DNA from: Octopus vulgaris
Lineage: Eukaryota
Direction of reading: 5' to 3'
NCBI GenBank assembly: GCA_951406725.2
Contig: OX597838.1
Coordinates: 27,094,001 to 27,158,000, forward strand
Length of the DNA stretch: 64,000 nucleotides
In this document: piece by piece, positions 25,304-37,667 of the stretch
Layout of the letters: each line of letters starts with the position of its first letter
How positions within the stretch are numbered: position 1 is the first letter of the stretch
Made by a program: the position numbers and the translations under genes
The notes under the pieces: generated by a model
Seen by the model: the letters and a program-made list of their open reading frames with translations, nothing else
The model's database searches: none
Told to the model about the DNA's origin: nothing

Positions 25304-26272
25304 AAAGCGGCGAGCTGGCAGAAACACTAACACGCCAAGCGAAATGCTCTGTGGTATTTCATCTGCCGCTACATTCTGAGTTCAAATTCCGCCGAGGTCG
25401 ACTTTGCCATTCATCCTTTCAGGGTCAATTAAATAAGTACCAGTTATGCACTGGGGTCGATATAATCGACTTAATCCATTTGTCTGTCCTTGTTTGTCCC
25501 TTCTGTGTTTAGCCCCTTGTGGGTAATAAAGAAATAGGTATTTCATCTGCCGCTACATTCTGAGTTCAAATTCCGCCGAGGTCGACTTTGCCTTTCATCC
25601 TTTCGGGGTTGATTAACTAAGTAGCAGTTACGCACTGGGGTCGATATAATCGACTTAATCCGTTTGTCTGTCCTTGTTTGTCCCTTCTGTGTTTAGCCCC
25701 TTGTGGGTAATAAAGAAATAGGTATTTCATCTGCCGCTATGTTCTGAGTTCAAATTCTGCCGAGGTCGACTTTGCCTTTCATCCTTTCAGGGTCAATTAA
25801 ATAAGTACCAGTTATGCACTGGGGTCGATATAATCGACTTAATCCATTTGTCTGTCCTTGTTTGTCCCTTCTGTGTTTAGCCCCTTGTGGGTAATAAAGA
25901 AATAGGTATTTCATCTGCTGCTATGTTCTGAGTTCAAATTCCGCAGTGGTCAACTTTGCCTTTCATCCTTTCGGGGTCAATTAAATAAGTACCAGTTACG
26001 CACTGGGGTCGATATAATCGACTTAATCCATATGTTTGTCCTTGTTTGTCCCTTCTGTGTTTAGCCCCTTGTGGGTAATAAAGAAATAGGTATTTCGTCT
26101 GCCGCTATGTTCTGAGTTCAAATTCTGCCGAGGTCAACTTTGCCTTTCATCCTTTCGGTGTCAATTAAATAAGTACCAGTTACGCACTAAGGTCGATATA
26201 ATCGACTTAATTCGTTTGTCTGTCCTTGTTTGTCCCCTCGGTGTGTAGCCCCTTGTGGGCAGTAAAGAAATA
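25304..26272 (+). mobile_element. Family B SINE multimer: one head plus five ~184-bp body units, with TSD
   Basis: Units begin GGTATTTC at about 25353, 25537, 25721, 25905, 26089; AGAAGACTGGT duplicated at 25293-25303 and 26273-26283. Confidence 0.92.
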
Positions 26273-26756
26273 AGAAGACTGGTTATGAATAACACTGTAA
26301 AATATCACATGATAGTTTACATGTGTTACATGATGTCAAGATAAGGGTAGACACAAACACATCTACATATATGTATATACATAAATATTTATAAAGACCC
26401 TAACAATATCGTTGCGCTTCAGGACCAGACTGGAATATCAGAGAAGAGACCCCACGTTTCCTTTGTGTGTCACAGAAGGTAACTAAAAGAGATTTAGGTA
26501 AGATTTGCCCTCTGACCTTGTAAAATCTTCACCAGCAATGACTACCCAAACAGACCCATGGGTTGAAGGGTTGTCACCCGAGTGTGCAGAAGCAGCATCT
26601 AAAGGAAAAGCAGACCCCCACTCAAATGGTGGATGCAGTGATGCGCTATTACAGTGCTTGCATTCATACTGCTACCACTACGACATGTGCAAGCATGGAA
26701 AAGTGCGGCATTAAATTGATAATGACGACAATCATAAAACTAATATTAACTTAATG

Positions 26757-27375
26757 AAAGGCAGTAAGGCTGGCAGAATCATTAGTGCGCCAGACAAAAT
26801 GCTTAGCAGCATTTTATCTGTGTGTATGTTCTGAGTTCAAATTCCACCGAGATTGACTTTGCCTTTCATCCCTTCAAGGTCAATAAAATAAATACCAGTT
26901 GAGTACTGGGATCAATGTAATGCACTTAACCTCCACACCCCCACTTACCTGAAATTGCTGGCCTTGTGCCAAAATTTGAAACCAATATTTATTTTTTTAT
27001 TGCCCACAGGGGGCTAAACGCAAAGGGGACAAACAAGGACAGACAAAGGGATTAAGTCGATTACATCAACCCCAGTGCATAACTGATACTTATCTAATTG
27101 ACCCCCAAAAGGATGGAAGGCAAAGTCGACCTCAGTGGAATTTGAACGCAGAACATACAGATGAAATGCTGCTAAGCATTTTGCCTGGCTCACTAACGAT
27201 TCTGCCAGCTTTACCGCCTTTCATTAAGTTAATATTAGTTTTATGATTGTCATCATTATCAATTTAATGCCGCACTTTTCCTCGGTGGAATTTGAACTCA
27301 GAATGTGCAGACGGACAGAAATGTCGCTAAGCATTTCGCCTGGCTTGCTAACGATTCTGCCAGCTCACCGCCCTG
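26757..27375. mobile_element. Inverted pair of family B SINEs with captured flank
   Basis: Plus copy 26757-26990; minus copy 26990-27375 with TSD TTTGAAACCAATATT (26975-26989, 27376-27390). Confidence 0.8.
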
Positions 27376-28216
27376 TTTGAAACCAATATTAACTTAATTA
27401 AAATAAGACTTGGGCAGTTTTTATACAATGTCTTTGCTTCAGTACTAACAGTACATGTCTATATTTGGCCAGTGTTTTGCTGATGCTGGCTGGAACCACA
27501 TCTTCCATAATATATCTTGTACGATGTAGAATAGATCGTATAGTAAATTGCAACAGTGTTTGAATATAAAAAAAAAAAAAGCCTATGATCAATTGGATTA
27601 TAATGGCTTCAGATTATTGGAATTCTGTTGAGATGCACAATGCCGTTAGACTGATGACTTTCCACTGTAAGCTCTTCTCTGCACGTGTGCGTGTGTCTGT
27701 GTGAGGGATCACATGTAAGATATTTGCAGTTACTTCTTGTTCACTAGTCTCACAGTTGACAGATTAGAGGTTTTGCTTTGTTGATCTCTTTTTCACCATC
27801 TTTTTTGTTTTCTTTCACCTCCCCCCCCTCTTAAAAATAGCAGCAGAAATATTCGTGTGAATGAACAGGTGCACATATACGTATATATATATACGTATGC
27901 ACAAGCTAGGACTGTTCCAGCATGGCCTCAATTGTAATGGCTAAAATAAACTGAAGAAAACATGTGTGTGTGTCTCTATGTGTGTGTATGTATGTGTGCA
28001 TGTTCACATATATTTTCAGAAATATTAATATTAATGATACTTTCTCTCTCTCTCTCATATATATATATACACACACACATATATATATGTATATATATAT
28101 ATATATATATAAAGTTAATCCAAACAAGAAAACACAAAAAAACACAACGCGAGGACATGGAACAAATATAGTATTATTGGCCGCTCAGGAAAGAAGGGAA
28201 GAAGGAGGTTTCTTTT

Positions 28217-28251
28217 TTTTAACGTTTCGAGTGGAGCTCTTCGTCGAAAAC
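28217..28251 (-). ncRNA. Degenerate minimal hammerhead-like motif in a (TA)n-embedded mini-element (~28111-28290)
   Basis: Minus strand: TTT-TCGACGA-A-GAG-CTCCA-CTC-GAAA-CG-TT-AAA. Confidence 0.5.
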
Positions 28252-28505
28252 ATAGGAGAAGGAAAGATCCAGAGAAGGGAAGACACAGATATATATATAT
28301 ATATATATGTACATATGTAGGTATTATAGGTACATGCATGGCTGTATGGTTAAGTTCACTTTCCAATCTCAGGGATTTGGGCTTAGTCCCATTGCATAGT
28401 ACCTTGGGCAAAGGGCTTCCATTGTAGCTCTGGTGTGACTAATGCCTTGTGAATGGATTTAGTAAGCAGAAACGGAAAGAAGCCTGTCATATATATGTTT
28501 GTGTG

Positions 28506-28537
<32 letters not shown>

Positions 28538-28649
28538 GCGAGAAGGTTTACAAAAATACGTCTTACAACTTCGTCTTCGAAGACGAAGGCAGGTGGAGTA
28601 CAAACAAATAATGTATTAGTATGGCGCTCAGGAATAGAAATAAAACAAG

Positions 28650-28687
28650 TCTTTTACGTTTCGAGCCTACGCTCTTCGACAGAAAGA
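28650..28687 (-). ncRNA. Minimal hammerhead-like motif with variant core in a (TA)n-embedded mini-element (~28538-28753)
   Basis: Minus strand: TCTTT-CTGTCGA-A-GAGC-GTAG-GCTC-GAAA-CG-TA-AAAGA; stems I and II perfect; core position 6 is U instead of A. Confidence 0.6.
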
Positions 28688-28751
28688 TACACAGAAAAGA
28701 AACAAGGAGAGAAAAAAATTGCGTGTAGGGGCTAATGGTCCAACATGGCGT

Positions 28752-28796
<45 letters not shown>

Positions 28797-28797
28797 T

Positions 28798-29048
28798 GAG
28801 GAGCTTACTTTCAAAACCGGTATATGTGCATATTTGGTTGACTTCATGATAACTATTAAAACACAATTTGCAAGATACTGGCTTCACACACGTGAAATTC
28901 TTTTCAGTCAGACTGGGATAGATGCCTTACAGACAGTAGACAAAATCTTAGTCTTCCAATCAAAATCAGATATATTTAAGTTGTTGATTTAAACAATTAC
29001 TCAAAAGTCATTTCAACACATATATCTGGTTTTGAAAGTAAGCTCTTC
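28798..29048. mobile_element. ~250-bp MITE with GAGGAGCTTACTTTCAAAACC TIRs (possibly Sola-like)
   Basis: 3' end GGTTTTGAAAGTAAGCTCTTC; second copy at 51247-51910. Confidence 0.75.
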
Positions 29049-30254
29049 AATATATCTTGTTTTCGTATACATTTGCTACTTTCTTCCAAGGAATCTAATG
29101 CTCTTAGCTTAGTTTTTCTTTGGGGCTGGCCAGATTGGAGCAATCTCAAGTATAACTAGCCGAAATTGCAAATTTAATCTGGAACTCAACTGAGGAAAGA
29201 AAACTCCGAATGACCCGTCCTTGTTTTGTTTTTTTTTTGTCCCTTTTATGTATTGGTGTGTTTTACATACCCATAACCTAGTGGTTCAGCAAAACAGGCT
29301 GATATAGAATAAGTAGCAGCCTTCAAAATAAAAATAAGTACTGAGGTCAATTCATTCAGCAAAAATTCTGAAAAGTGGTGCTCCAGCATGGTCACAGTCT
29401 GATGACTGAAAGAAGTAAGCATTAAATGCTATTGACCATGTTCCTGCGGACATATGTGCATGGTCAGCATTAACCAATGCAGGTTTTTTTGTGTGTGTTT
29501 TCGCTTGTATTTTGTGTTGTTTTTTTTTCTTTTCTTTGTCAAGGACAGTATGATGTGGTTCTGTGGGAAATTTGGTTATTTACTGTCATAGGAAAAAAAT
29601 ATAAAAAGAAAAAGAAAAGAATTTCAATAAAATAGTCTCAGATACTAAACAAAATGGCTGAAAGCAAAACAAAAAAAAAAAATTGAAGAAAAAAGATGGC
29701 TGCCGATTGAGAGCTGATAACAAGGGCGGCAACAACAAGAGCAACAAGAACAACATTCGTTTGCAATAAATTTGAATTGAAGATCAATTGTCCACCACAG
29801 TTATTCAGTTGGTCAGTCAGTTCCATTTTTTTTTTTATATACAATGGCTTATTGGTTCCGAAATTGAGCGAAAAGTTAGAGACTCTTCACCCAGAACACC
29901 AACAAATTATCTGCTTGTTTATTACTGTCACTACTACTGCTACTGCTGCTGCTGCTGCTGCTTCTATTAGAACTAATACCGATAATAATAATAATAATAC
30001 TATTTTCTCTCTTTCTCTTTCACTTCATTGATTGATTGATTGTTGAAGAGGTGGGACATAGGAAAGCCCAGTGCTAAAATTCAATATTAGATACTGTATT
30101 GTATATAGATGTTTCTTCTTCTTCTTCTTCTTCTTCTTCTTCTTCTTCTTCTTCTTCTTCTTCTTCTTCTTCTTCTTCTCCTCCTCCTTCGAATTATTTT
30201 TTCCCGTACCATTTTGAAAGGACAACAGTGCAGTGATTAATTAATGAATTGAAC

Positions 30255-30588
30255 AGCCACGAACGGATGGTGCACGTAAAAAGCACCATCCGTTCGTGGC
30301 CGTTGCCAGCCTTGCCTGGCCCCCGAGCCGGTGGCACATAAAAAGCACCATCCGATCGTGGCCGTTTGCCAGACACGTCTGGTACCTGTGCCGGTGGCAC
30401 GTAAAAAGCACCCACTACACTCATGGAGTGGTTGGCATTAGGAAGGGCATCCAGCCGTAGAAACATTGCCAGATCAAACTGGGCCTGGTGCAGCCTTCTG
30501 GCTTCCCAGACCCCAGTTGAACCGTCCAACCCATGCTAGCATGGAAAGCGGACGCTAAACGATGATGATGATGATGATGATGATGATG
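30255..30588 (+). mobile_element. Family C (RTE 3' end)
   Basis: GGTGGCACGTAAAAAGCACC repeats, AGGAAGGGCATCCAGC, (GAT)n tail. Confidence 0.85.
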
Positions 30589-31709
30589 AATAATTCTTTC
30601 AATTATTGGCACACACCTTGAAAGTTTAAGTGGGGTGGGGTCTAGTCAATTACATTGACCCCAGTATGTGACTGCTACTTATGTTATCAACCCTAAAAGG
30701 ATGAAAGGCAATGTCGACCTCAGTGGAATTTGAATTCAGAACATAATTCACCACTTTAATGATGATAATAATAATAATTCTTTCTACAATAGGCACAAGG
30801 CCTGAAATTTTGGGGGAAGAAGCCACCTTAAAATAATAATTTCTAAAATAGGCACAAGGTTGATGATCTTGAAGGGAGGGATTAATCAGTTACATTAGCC
30901 CCATCTGACACAAGATCCCCTCTCCAATGACCCCTCTCCTCCAATGCCCCCTCTCTTCTCAAAGACTCTTTGTCTTGCAAGTTACTCGGTGACCCTGCCA
31001 GTGCTGGTGCCATATAAAAAGCATCCAGTCTACACTGTAAAGTGGTTGGCATTTGGAAGGGCATCCAGCTGTAATAACTCTGCCAAAGCTGACCACACTT
31101 GTACTGGTGCCATATAAAAAGCACTGAGTCCACTCTGCAGGGTGGTTGGTGTTAGGAAGGGCATCCAGCCATAAAAATGTACCAAAACAGATGTAGAAGT
31201 CTGGTGCAGGCTTCTGCCTGGTCAGCTCCTGTCAAACCTTCCAACCCATGCCAGCACGGAAGGTGGATGTTAAATGATGAGGAGGAGGATGATGATGATG
31301 ATGATGTCTGACTGGTATATTATTTTACCGACCCCGAAATGACGAAAGACGAAGTTAACCATAACAGGATTTTAACCCAGAATGTATGTAAGGAGCCAGA
31401 ACAAACAAATGCTTACTCAGATCTTGAGTTCAAATCCTGCTGAGGTCAACTTTGCCTTCCATTCTTGTGGGTTTGATAAAATAGAATGAAAGTCAAATCT
31501 GTAACTGGGTGACCCAGTGACTAGGTGAGTGTGTGTCTATGACTAGATAAGTCTGTGACCTGTTGACTGACATGTGTGACTTTGTGATTGGGTGACTCAG
31601 TGATTCAATAACTGGGTGACTCAAAGACCAGATAAGCTGCATGATAGGGTGACTCAGTAGCTTTGATGAATATGAGTGCATGACTGTGACTGTGATTTCA
31701 TGACCAATT

Positions 31710-32158
31710 GACTGGTTGACTCAGTGAATAGACAGCTGTGTGACTTGGTGACTCAGTGACTAGAAGACTGTGACTGGTTGACTCAGTGAATAGACAGCTG
31801 TGTGACTTGGTGATTCAGTGACTAGAAGGCTGTGACTGGTTGACTCAGTGAATAGACAGCTGTGTGACTTGGTGACTCAGTGACTAGAAGGCTGTGACTG
31901 GTTGACTCAGTGAATAGACAGCTGTGTGACTTGGTGACTCAGTGACTAGAAGGCTGTGACTGGTTGACTCAGTGAATAGACAGCTGTGTGACTTGGTGAC
32001 TCAGTGACTAGAAGGCTGTGACTGGTTGACTCAGTGAATAGACAGCTATGTGACTTGGTGACTCAGTGACTAGAAGGTTGTGACTGGTTGAATCAGTGAA
32101 TAGACAGCTGTGTGACTTGGTGACTCAGTGACTAGAAGACTGTGACTGGTTGACTCAG
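31710..32158 (+). repeat. 62-bp minisatellite (7 units plus partial) with two TGACTCA motifs per unit
   Basis: Unit GACTGGTTGACTCAGTGAATAGACAGCTGTGTGACTTGGTGACTCAGTGACTAGAAGGCTGT; degenerate flanks ~31500-32410. Confidence 0.95.
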
Positions 32159-33917
32159 AAACCAGATGACTATGTGACTGGGTGATTCAGTTGCTTGATC
32201 AATGTGACTGCATACTATGAATGGGTGACTGACAGAGTGAATGAGTAACTCAATAAATAGATGGTGATGTAACTGAGTGACTCAGAGACCAGAAAACTGT
32301 AACTGTGTAACAGGGCAACTCAGTAACTAGATGAGTGTTATTTGGTGACTCAAAGACTTGCTGACTGAGTGATAGGGTGACTAAAAGACAGGTTTATACG
32401 ATGACTGAGTAAGTTGTTGGATGGGGGTGAAACATACAGAACCGATTACTTTTAAGATATGAAAAGGAAATGGAAGAACTTCCTTTGATTCTGACCAACA
32501 TGGAAGCAGAACAGTGTGATAGTGGTAGTGGTAGTGGTTGTGGTGGTGGTAATGGTGCTGTTGTTGTAGTTGGTGTTGTTGTTGTTGTTGTTGCTGTTGC
32601 TGTTGTTGTTGTTGGTGGTGGTGGTGGTGGTGGTGGTGGTGGTGGTGGTGGAAGAAACAATGGTTGAAGCCATAAAGCTATCTGAGAAATAAGAAATATC
32701 TATTAATGGGTTAATAATGATGGATCTGTGATAAACTGGAATGGTGATAAAGATAATAAAAGAATCAATAGGAAGAACGGACAAAAGGAATTTCTGCCAA
32801 CAGAAATATTGTGGACATACAGGAAATGTCCACTTAGAGCAGAACTATCACACTTTGATTGAGATTATCGGTTATCATTCTCTATCGACATGGCTGCTTG
32901 ACTCGGTAGAAACAGCAGCCAATTTCTCCTTAAATAACACCATTTTTGTTTGTTTTTGATAAAAGGCAATGGCACACCAGGTGCAGGCATGGCACTGTGG
33001 TTAAGAAGGTTGTTCTTTGATTGGATACATTTGGGTTCAGTCCAACTGTGTGACACCTCAGGCGAGTGTCCTTTGGTGTAGTCCAGGGCTGACCAAAGCC
33101 TTGTGGGTGAAGTGAATTTGGTAGACAGAGACTGTGTGGAAGCCCATGTTGTGTATACATGTGTGTGTTTGTCTGCCTACCACCACGACCACCACCACTT
33201 AACAACTGTTATAGGTTTATTTATGTCCCCATAACTAAGCAGTTTGACAAAAGAGACCAATAGAATAGTTACCCTATTTTTTTAAAAATGTAACTGGGGT
33301 CAATTTGTTTGATTAAACACTTCGAGGTTATGCCCCAGCATGGCCAAGCCCAATGTGTGAAACAAGTAAAAGATAAAAGATAGACCTAATAATGTCAGCC
33401 TAGATACATTGTATCCATTGGGGTGGAGTGGAGGCATGTGGCTTTGTGGTTAAAGTATTATGCTAACGAACATAAGATCGGAGGTTCAATTCCAGGACTA
33501 TGTAGTGCATTGTGTCCTTGAGCAAGGCATTTCATTTCACATTGCTTTGGTGTATTTAACTGAAAATAAGTATCAGCTGACTCCCAGTGCAGCTCTCTGT
33601 CCCTCCAGCTATCATATCTTTGGTGTTCTGTTGGGTCAAAGAAGGAGGGCCAAGATATCTATATCTACCCATGACTATATATAGACCAAAATAGCAGTTC
33701 TTCAAATTGTACCAGTTTCATAAAAAAAAAAAATATTAAGACAGAAAACTGGCAGAATCGTTACTGCATCTGACAAAATGCTTAGCAGCATTTCTTCCAA
33801 CTAACTTCACATTCTGAGTTCAAATGCTCCCACGGTTGACTTTGTTCTTAATCCTTTCAGAGTCGATAAATGTTATAATGTGAATGCTTGTCCACTTGTA
33901 CATTTTCTGCATGTCCG

Positions 33918-34370
33918 TGCTGGTGGCACATAAAAAGCACCATCTGAACGTGTCCGATGCCAGCGCCGCCTTGACTGGCTTCTGTGCTGGTGGCACGTAA
34001 AAAGCACCAATCCAATCGTGGCTGTTGCCAGCCTCGCCTGGCACCTGTGCCAGTGGCACGTAAAAAGCACCATCCAAACGTGGTCGATGCCAGAGCTGCC
34101 TTAACTGGCTTCTGTGCCGGTGGCACGTAAAAAGCACCAATCCGATCGTGGCCGTTGCCAGCCTCGCCTGGCACCTGTGCCGGTGGCACGTAAAAAGCAC
34201 CCACTACACTCACGGAGTGGTTGGCGTTAGGAAGGGCATCCAGCTGTAGAAACACTGCCAGATCAGACTGGAGCCTAGTGCAGCCTTCTGGCTTCCCAGA
34301 TCCCCGGTTGAACCGTCCAACCCATGCTAGCATGGAGAACGGACGTTAAACAATGATGATGATGATGATG
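33918..34370 (+). mobile_element. Family C (RTE 3' end) with five internal repeat units
   Basis: Repeated GTGGCACGTAAAAAGCACC units followed by conserved 3' end and (GAT)n. Confidence 0.88.
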
Positions 34371-35190
34371 ACTGTAATATTCTTGTCACCACTATTATGT
34401 TGTGGTGGAATTCCACATCTTATTATCTTTGACTTGTCTATCGTGCTATCACTGGTAGCTCCACAAAACAATGACTTTGACACATCTGCCTTGACGGTAG
34501 CTCGAACTTGTATGTATCATGTGACTGACACTGACTCCGACTGAGAAATTTGTACAATGACTCTACTACTACTGATTAACCTCTACAACGACTGACTGTC
34601 TGACTTTATAGTGGCTGGGTCATACCACTTAGCCACATGGGAAGGGGAGTACCATTTTCACTACAAAAATAAGTACCTGTTTCGGATCCATGTGATACGT
34701 AATTGACCAGACCCTCCCTCCCTCAAAATTTCAGGCCTTATGCCTAAGCCAGAAAAGATTATAATAATAAAGAGAGACTGGAGTAGGGGGTGATTTGAGG
34801 AAGATAAATATATCTGACTGAATTGAGTGTTAGGTTTTATATGATCAAGTACAACTTCCTTCATCACCATACCACAGCCCAATGACTGAAATCATCAGAC
34901 ACACCTGTCCACATGCATATGTACGCAGGTATGCATGTACACATGTAAGTATGTATGCATGTAAATATGTATGCATAATTATATCATGTGGCGCATAAAT
35001 GTATAACGTACCAGAGACAGAGAAAGAGAGAGAGGGAGAAAGATGGATATGTGATGAGGGGAGGAAGGAGAGTATCTGAAAGATGACCTGAACAAGAGAG
35101 ATTTACACACAGGCCCCTACATATACATATCACATATGTGTATATGTGTGTGTTTATGTATATATATGTATGTCTATGTGTATATATATA

Positions 35191-35334
<144 letters not shown>

Positions 35335-35349
35335 TATATATATATATAT

Positions 35350-35398
<49 letters not shown>

Positions 35399-35579
35399 CA
35401 AACATACACCACAAACACACACACACACACACATGCATATACACCTGTGCAGGTAACTTTTCAGTGAATACTTCTGAGATAAAACAGCAGAACATGGCTG
35501 AGGTTAGCAGGCATCAGTTGTCTGGTATTTCAGATTGATAACAATCACATTAGTCAGTCTTTAGAATTAAGATGGTTGA

Positions 35580-36560
35580 CTAGATAAGATGGATGGATGG
35601 ATGGAAGCGGGTGGTGGGTGGTGGGGCGAGATAGCGGGGTGGATGCATAATGAGCTGGCTCTATATGATATGATGGATTATTGGATGGATGGGAGGAGAG
35701 GGTGGATGAACGGATAAATGGGTGTATGCGCAGATGGGATAAAGAGATGAATAGCTGTATGAACATATGGATGGATGGATGAGTGGGTAGACGGGTGGAT
35801 GGATGAATGGAAGGATGGATAGGTGGGTGAATGAAGGATGGATAGATAGGTGAATGAACAGGTGAATAGAAAGGCGGAAAAGGAGCAGATGGATGGATGG
35901 GTGGATGTGTGGGATGATGGTTGGATGTGTGGGATAATGGCTGGATGGGTGGATGGCTGTGTGGGTTGATGGTTGGATCGGTAGGTGGATGAGTAGGTAG
36001 GTGGATGGATGGCTAGGAATACAGATGGGTGAATGGATGAATGGGCAGTTGGGTGGATGGGTGGATGGATGGCTGTGTGGGTGGATGTGTGGGATGATGG
36101 TTGGATGGGTAGGTGGATGGATGGGAAGATATGTGGATGGATGGTTGGATATGAATGCAGATGGGTGAATGGATGGATGGCCAGATGGGTGGATGGATGG
36201 ACGGGTGGATGGAAGGGTGGATGGATGGGTGGACGGGTGGATGTGTGGGATGATGTTTGGATGGGTAGGTGGATGGGAAGATATGTGGGTGGATGGATAT
36301 GAACACAGATGGATGGGCAGATGGCTGTGTGGGTTGATAGTTGGCAGATGGTTGGATGGGTAGGTGGATGAGTGGGTAGGTGGATGGATGGCTAGGAATA
36401 CAGATGGGTGAATGGATGAGTGGGCAGATGGATGGACGGGTGGATGGATGGCTGTGTGGGTGGATGTGTGGGATGATGGTTGGATGGATGGGAAGATATG
36501 TGGATGGATGGTTGGATATGAATGCAGATGGGTGAATGGATGATGGGTAGATGGGTGGAA
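35580..36560 (+). repeat. (TGGA)/(TGGG)-derived low-complexity satellite with internal block duplications
   Basis: GGCTAGGAATACAGATGGGTGAATGG at about 36011 and 36390; GGATGTGTGGGATGATG repeated. Confidence 0.9.
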
Positions 36561-37391
36561 GCCCACCAGTTGCTTATGATGCAAGTCTCCTCTCTTTCTA
36601 CATCAGTGGTTTTCAACTGTGGCGCCCAGGGCTGCATGCAGCCCTCAAGTACTATATATGTATATATTTGTGCATCTGTGTTTGTCCCCCACCCCAGCAT
36701 CGCTTGACAACCGATGCTGGTGTGTTCACAACCCCGTAACTTTGCAGTTCAGCAAAAAGAGGCCGATAAGATAAGTACTAGGCTTACAAAGAATAAGTCC
36801 TGGGGTCGTTTTGCTCGACTAAAGGCGGAGCTCCAGCATGGCCGCAGACAAATGACTAAAAAAAAATAAAAGAAATAAAAGAAACAACAACAAGAAAAAA
36901 AAATCCTTCGTAAAAGTACAAACTATCAGAAAACAATGCAAATGGATGTCTTTTACATAGAAATTACCGAATCCAAAAATAGAAATAAATAAACAAATAA
37001 ATAAATAAATGAAACTCCGAGTAAAAACAAATTAAACAAATATATAAAAGGACCTTAATCTCTTTCTATTCTTACTAGGTTAGTTTTGCTCAATCAGCTT
37101 ATCTTCATTATCTGGCCATCAAACTAAGCAGCTGCTACTGAAAGACGTTCTCAAAGACAATCTCTGATAATTCTTCAATTCTAATGTGGGATGTCATGAA
37201 ATGATTTTGGCTTTTGGCTTTTTTTTTTTTTTTTGCTGCATCTCTCTTTTTTTCCCCCCTGTTTGTCCACTATTGCTGTTCAATTATTTCCATTTATTGA
37301 TACGCAGCATATATATTTGTACATCTACTTTATTTTACTGTGTACACACACACACACATGCACACACATATATATATATGTACACAATATA

Positions 37392-37521
<130 letters not shown>

Positions 37522-37561
37522 TATATACATATATATGTACATATATATACATATATGTGCC

Positions 37562-37597
<36 letters not shown>

Positions 37598-37630
37598 GGC
37601 ACATATATGTATATATATATAATCATATAC

Positions 37631-37667
<37 letters not shown>

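Noticed and set aside
25304-26272. SINE multimer as a hammerhead retrozyme
   Set aside because: No CTGANGA...GAAA core found on either strand of the 184-bp unit.
27398-27592. Non-repetitive 64-aa minus-strand ORF
   Set aside because: No recognisable motif or convincing splice signals.
35661-36584. 307-aa His/Pro/Ser-rich ORF
   Set aside because: Translation of a (TCCA)n-derived repeat.
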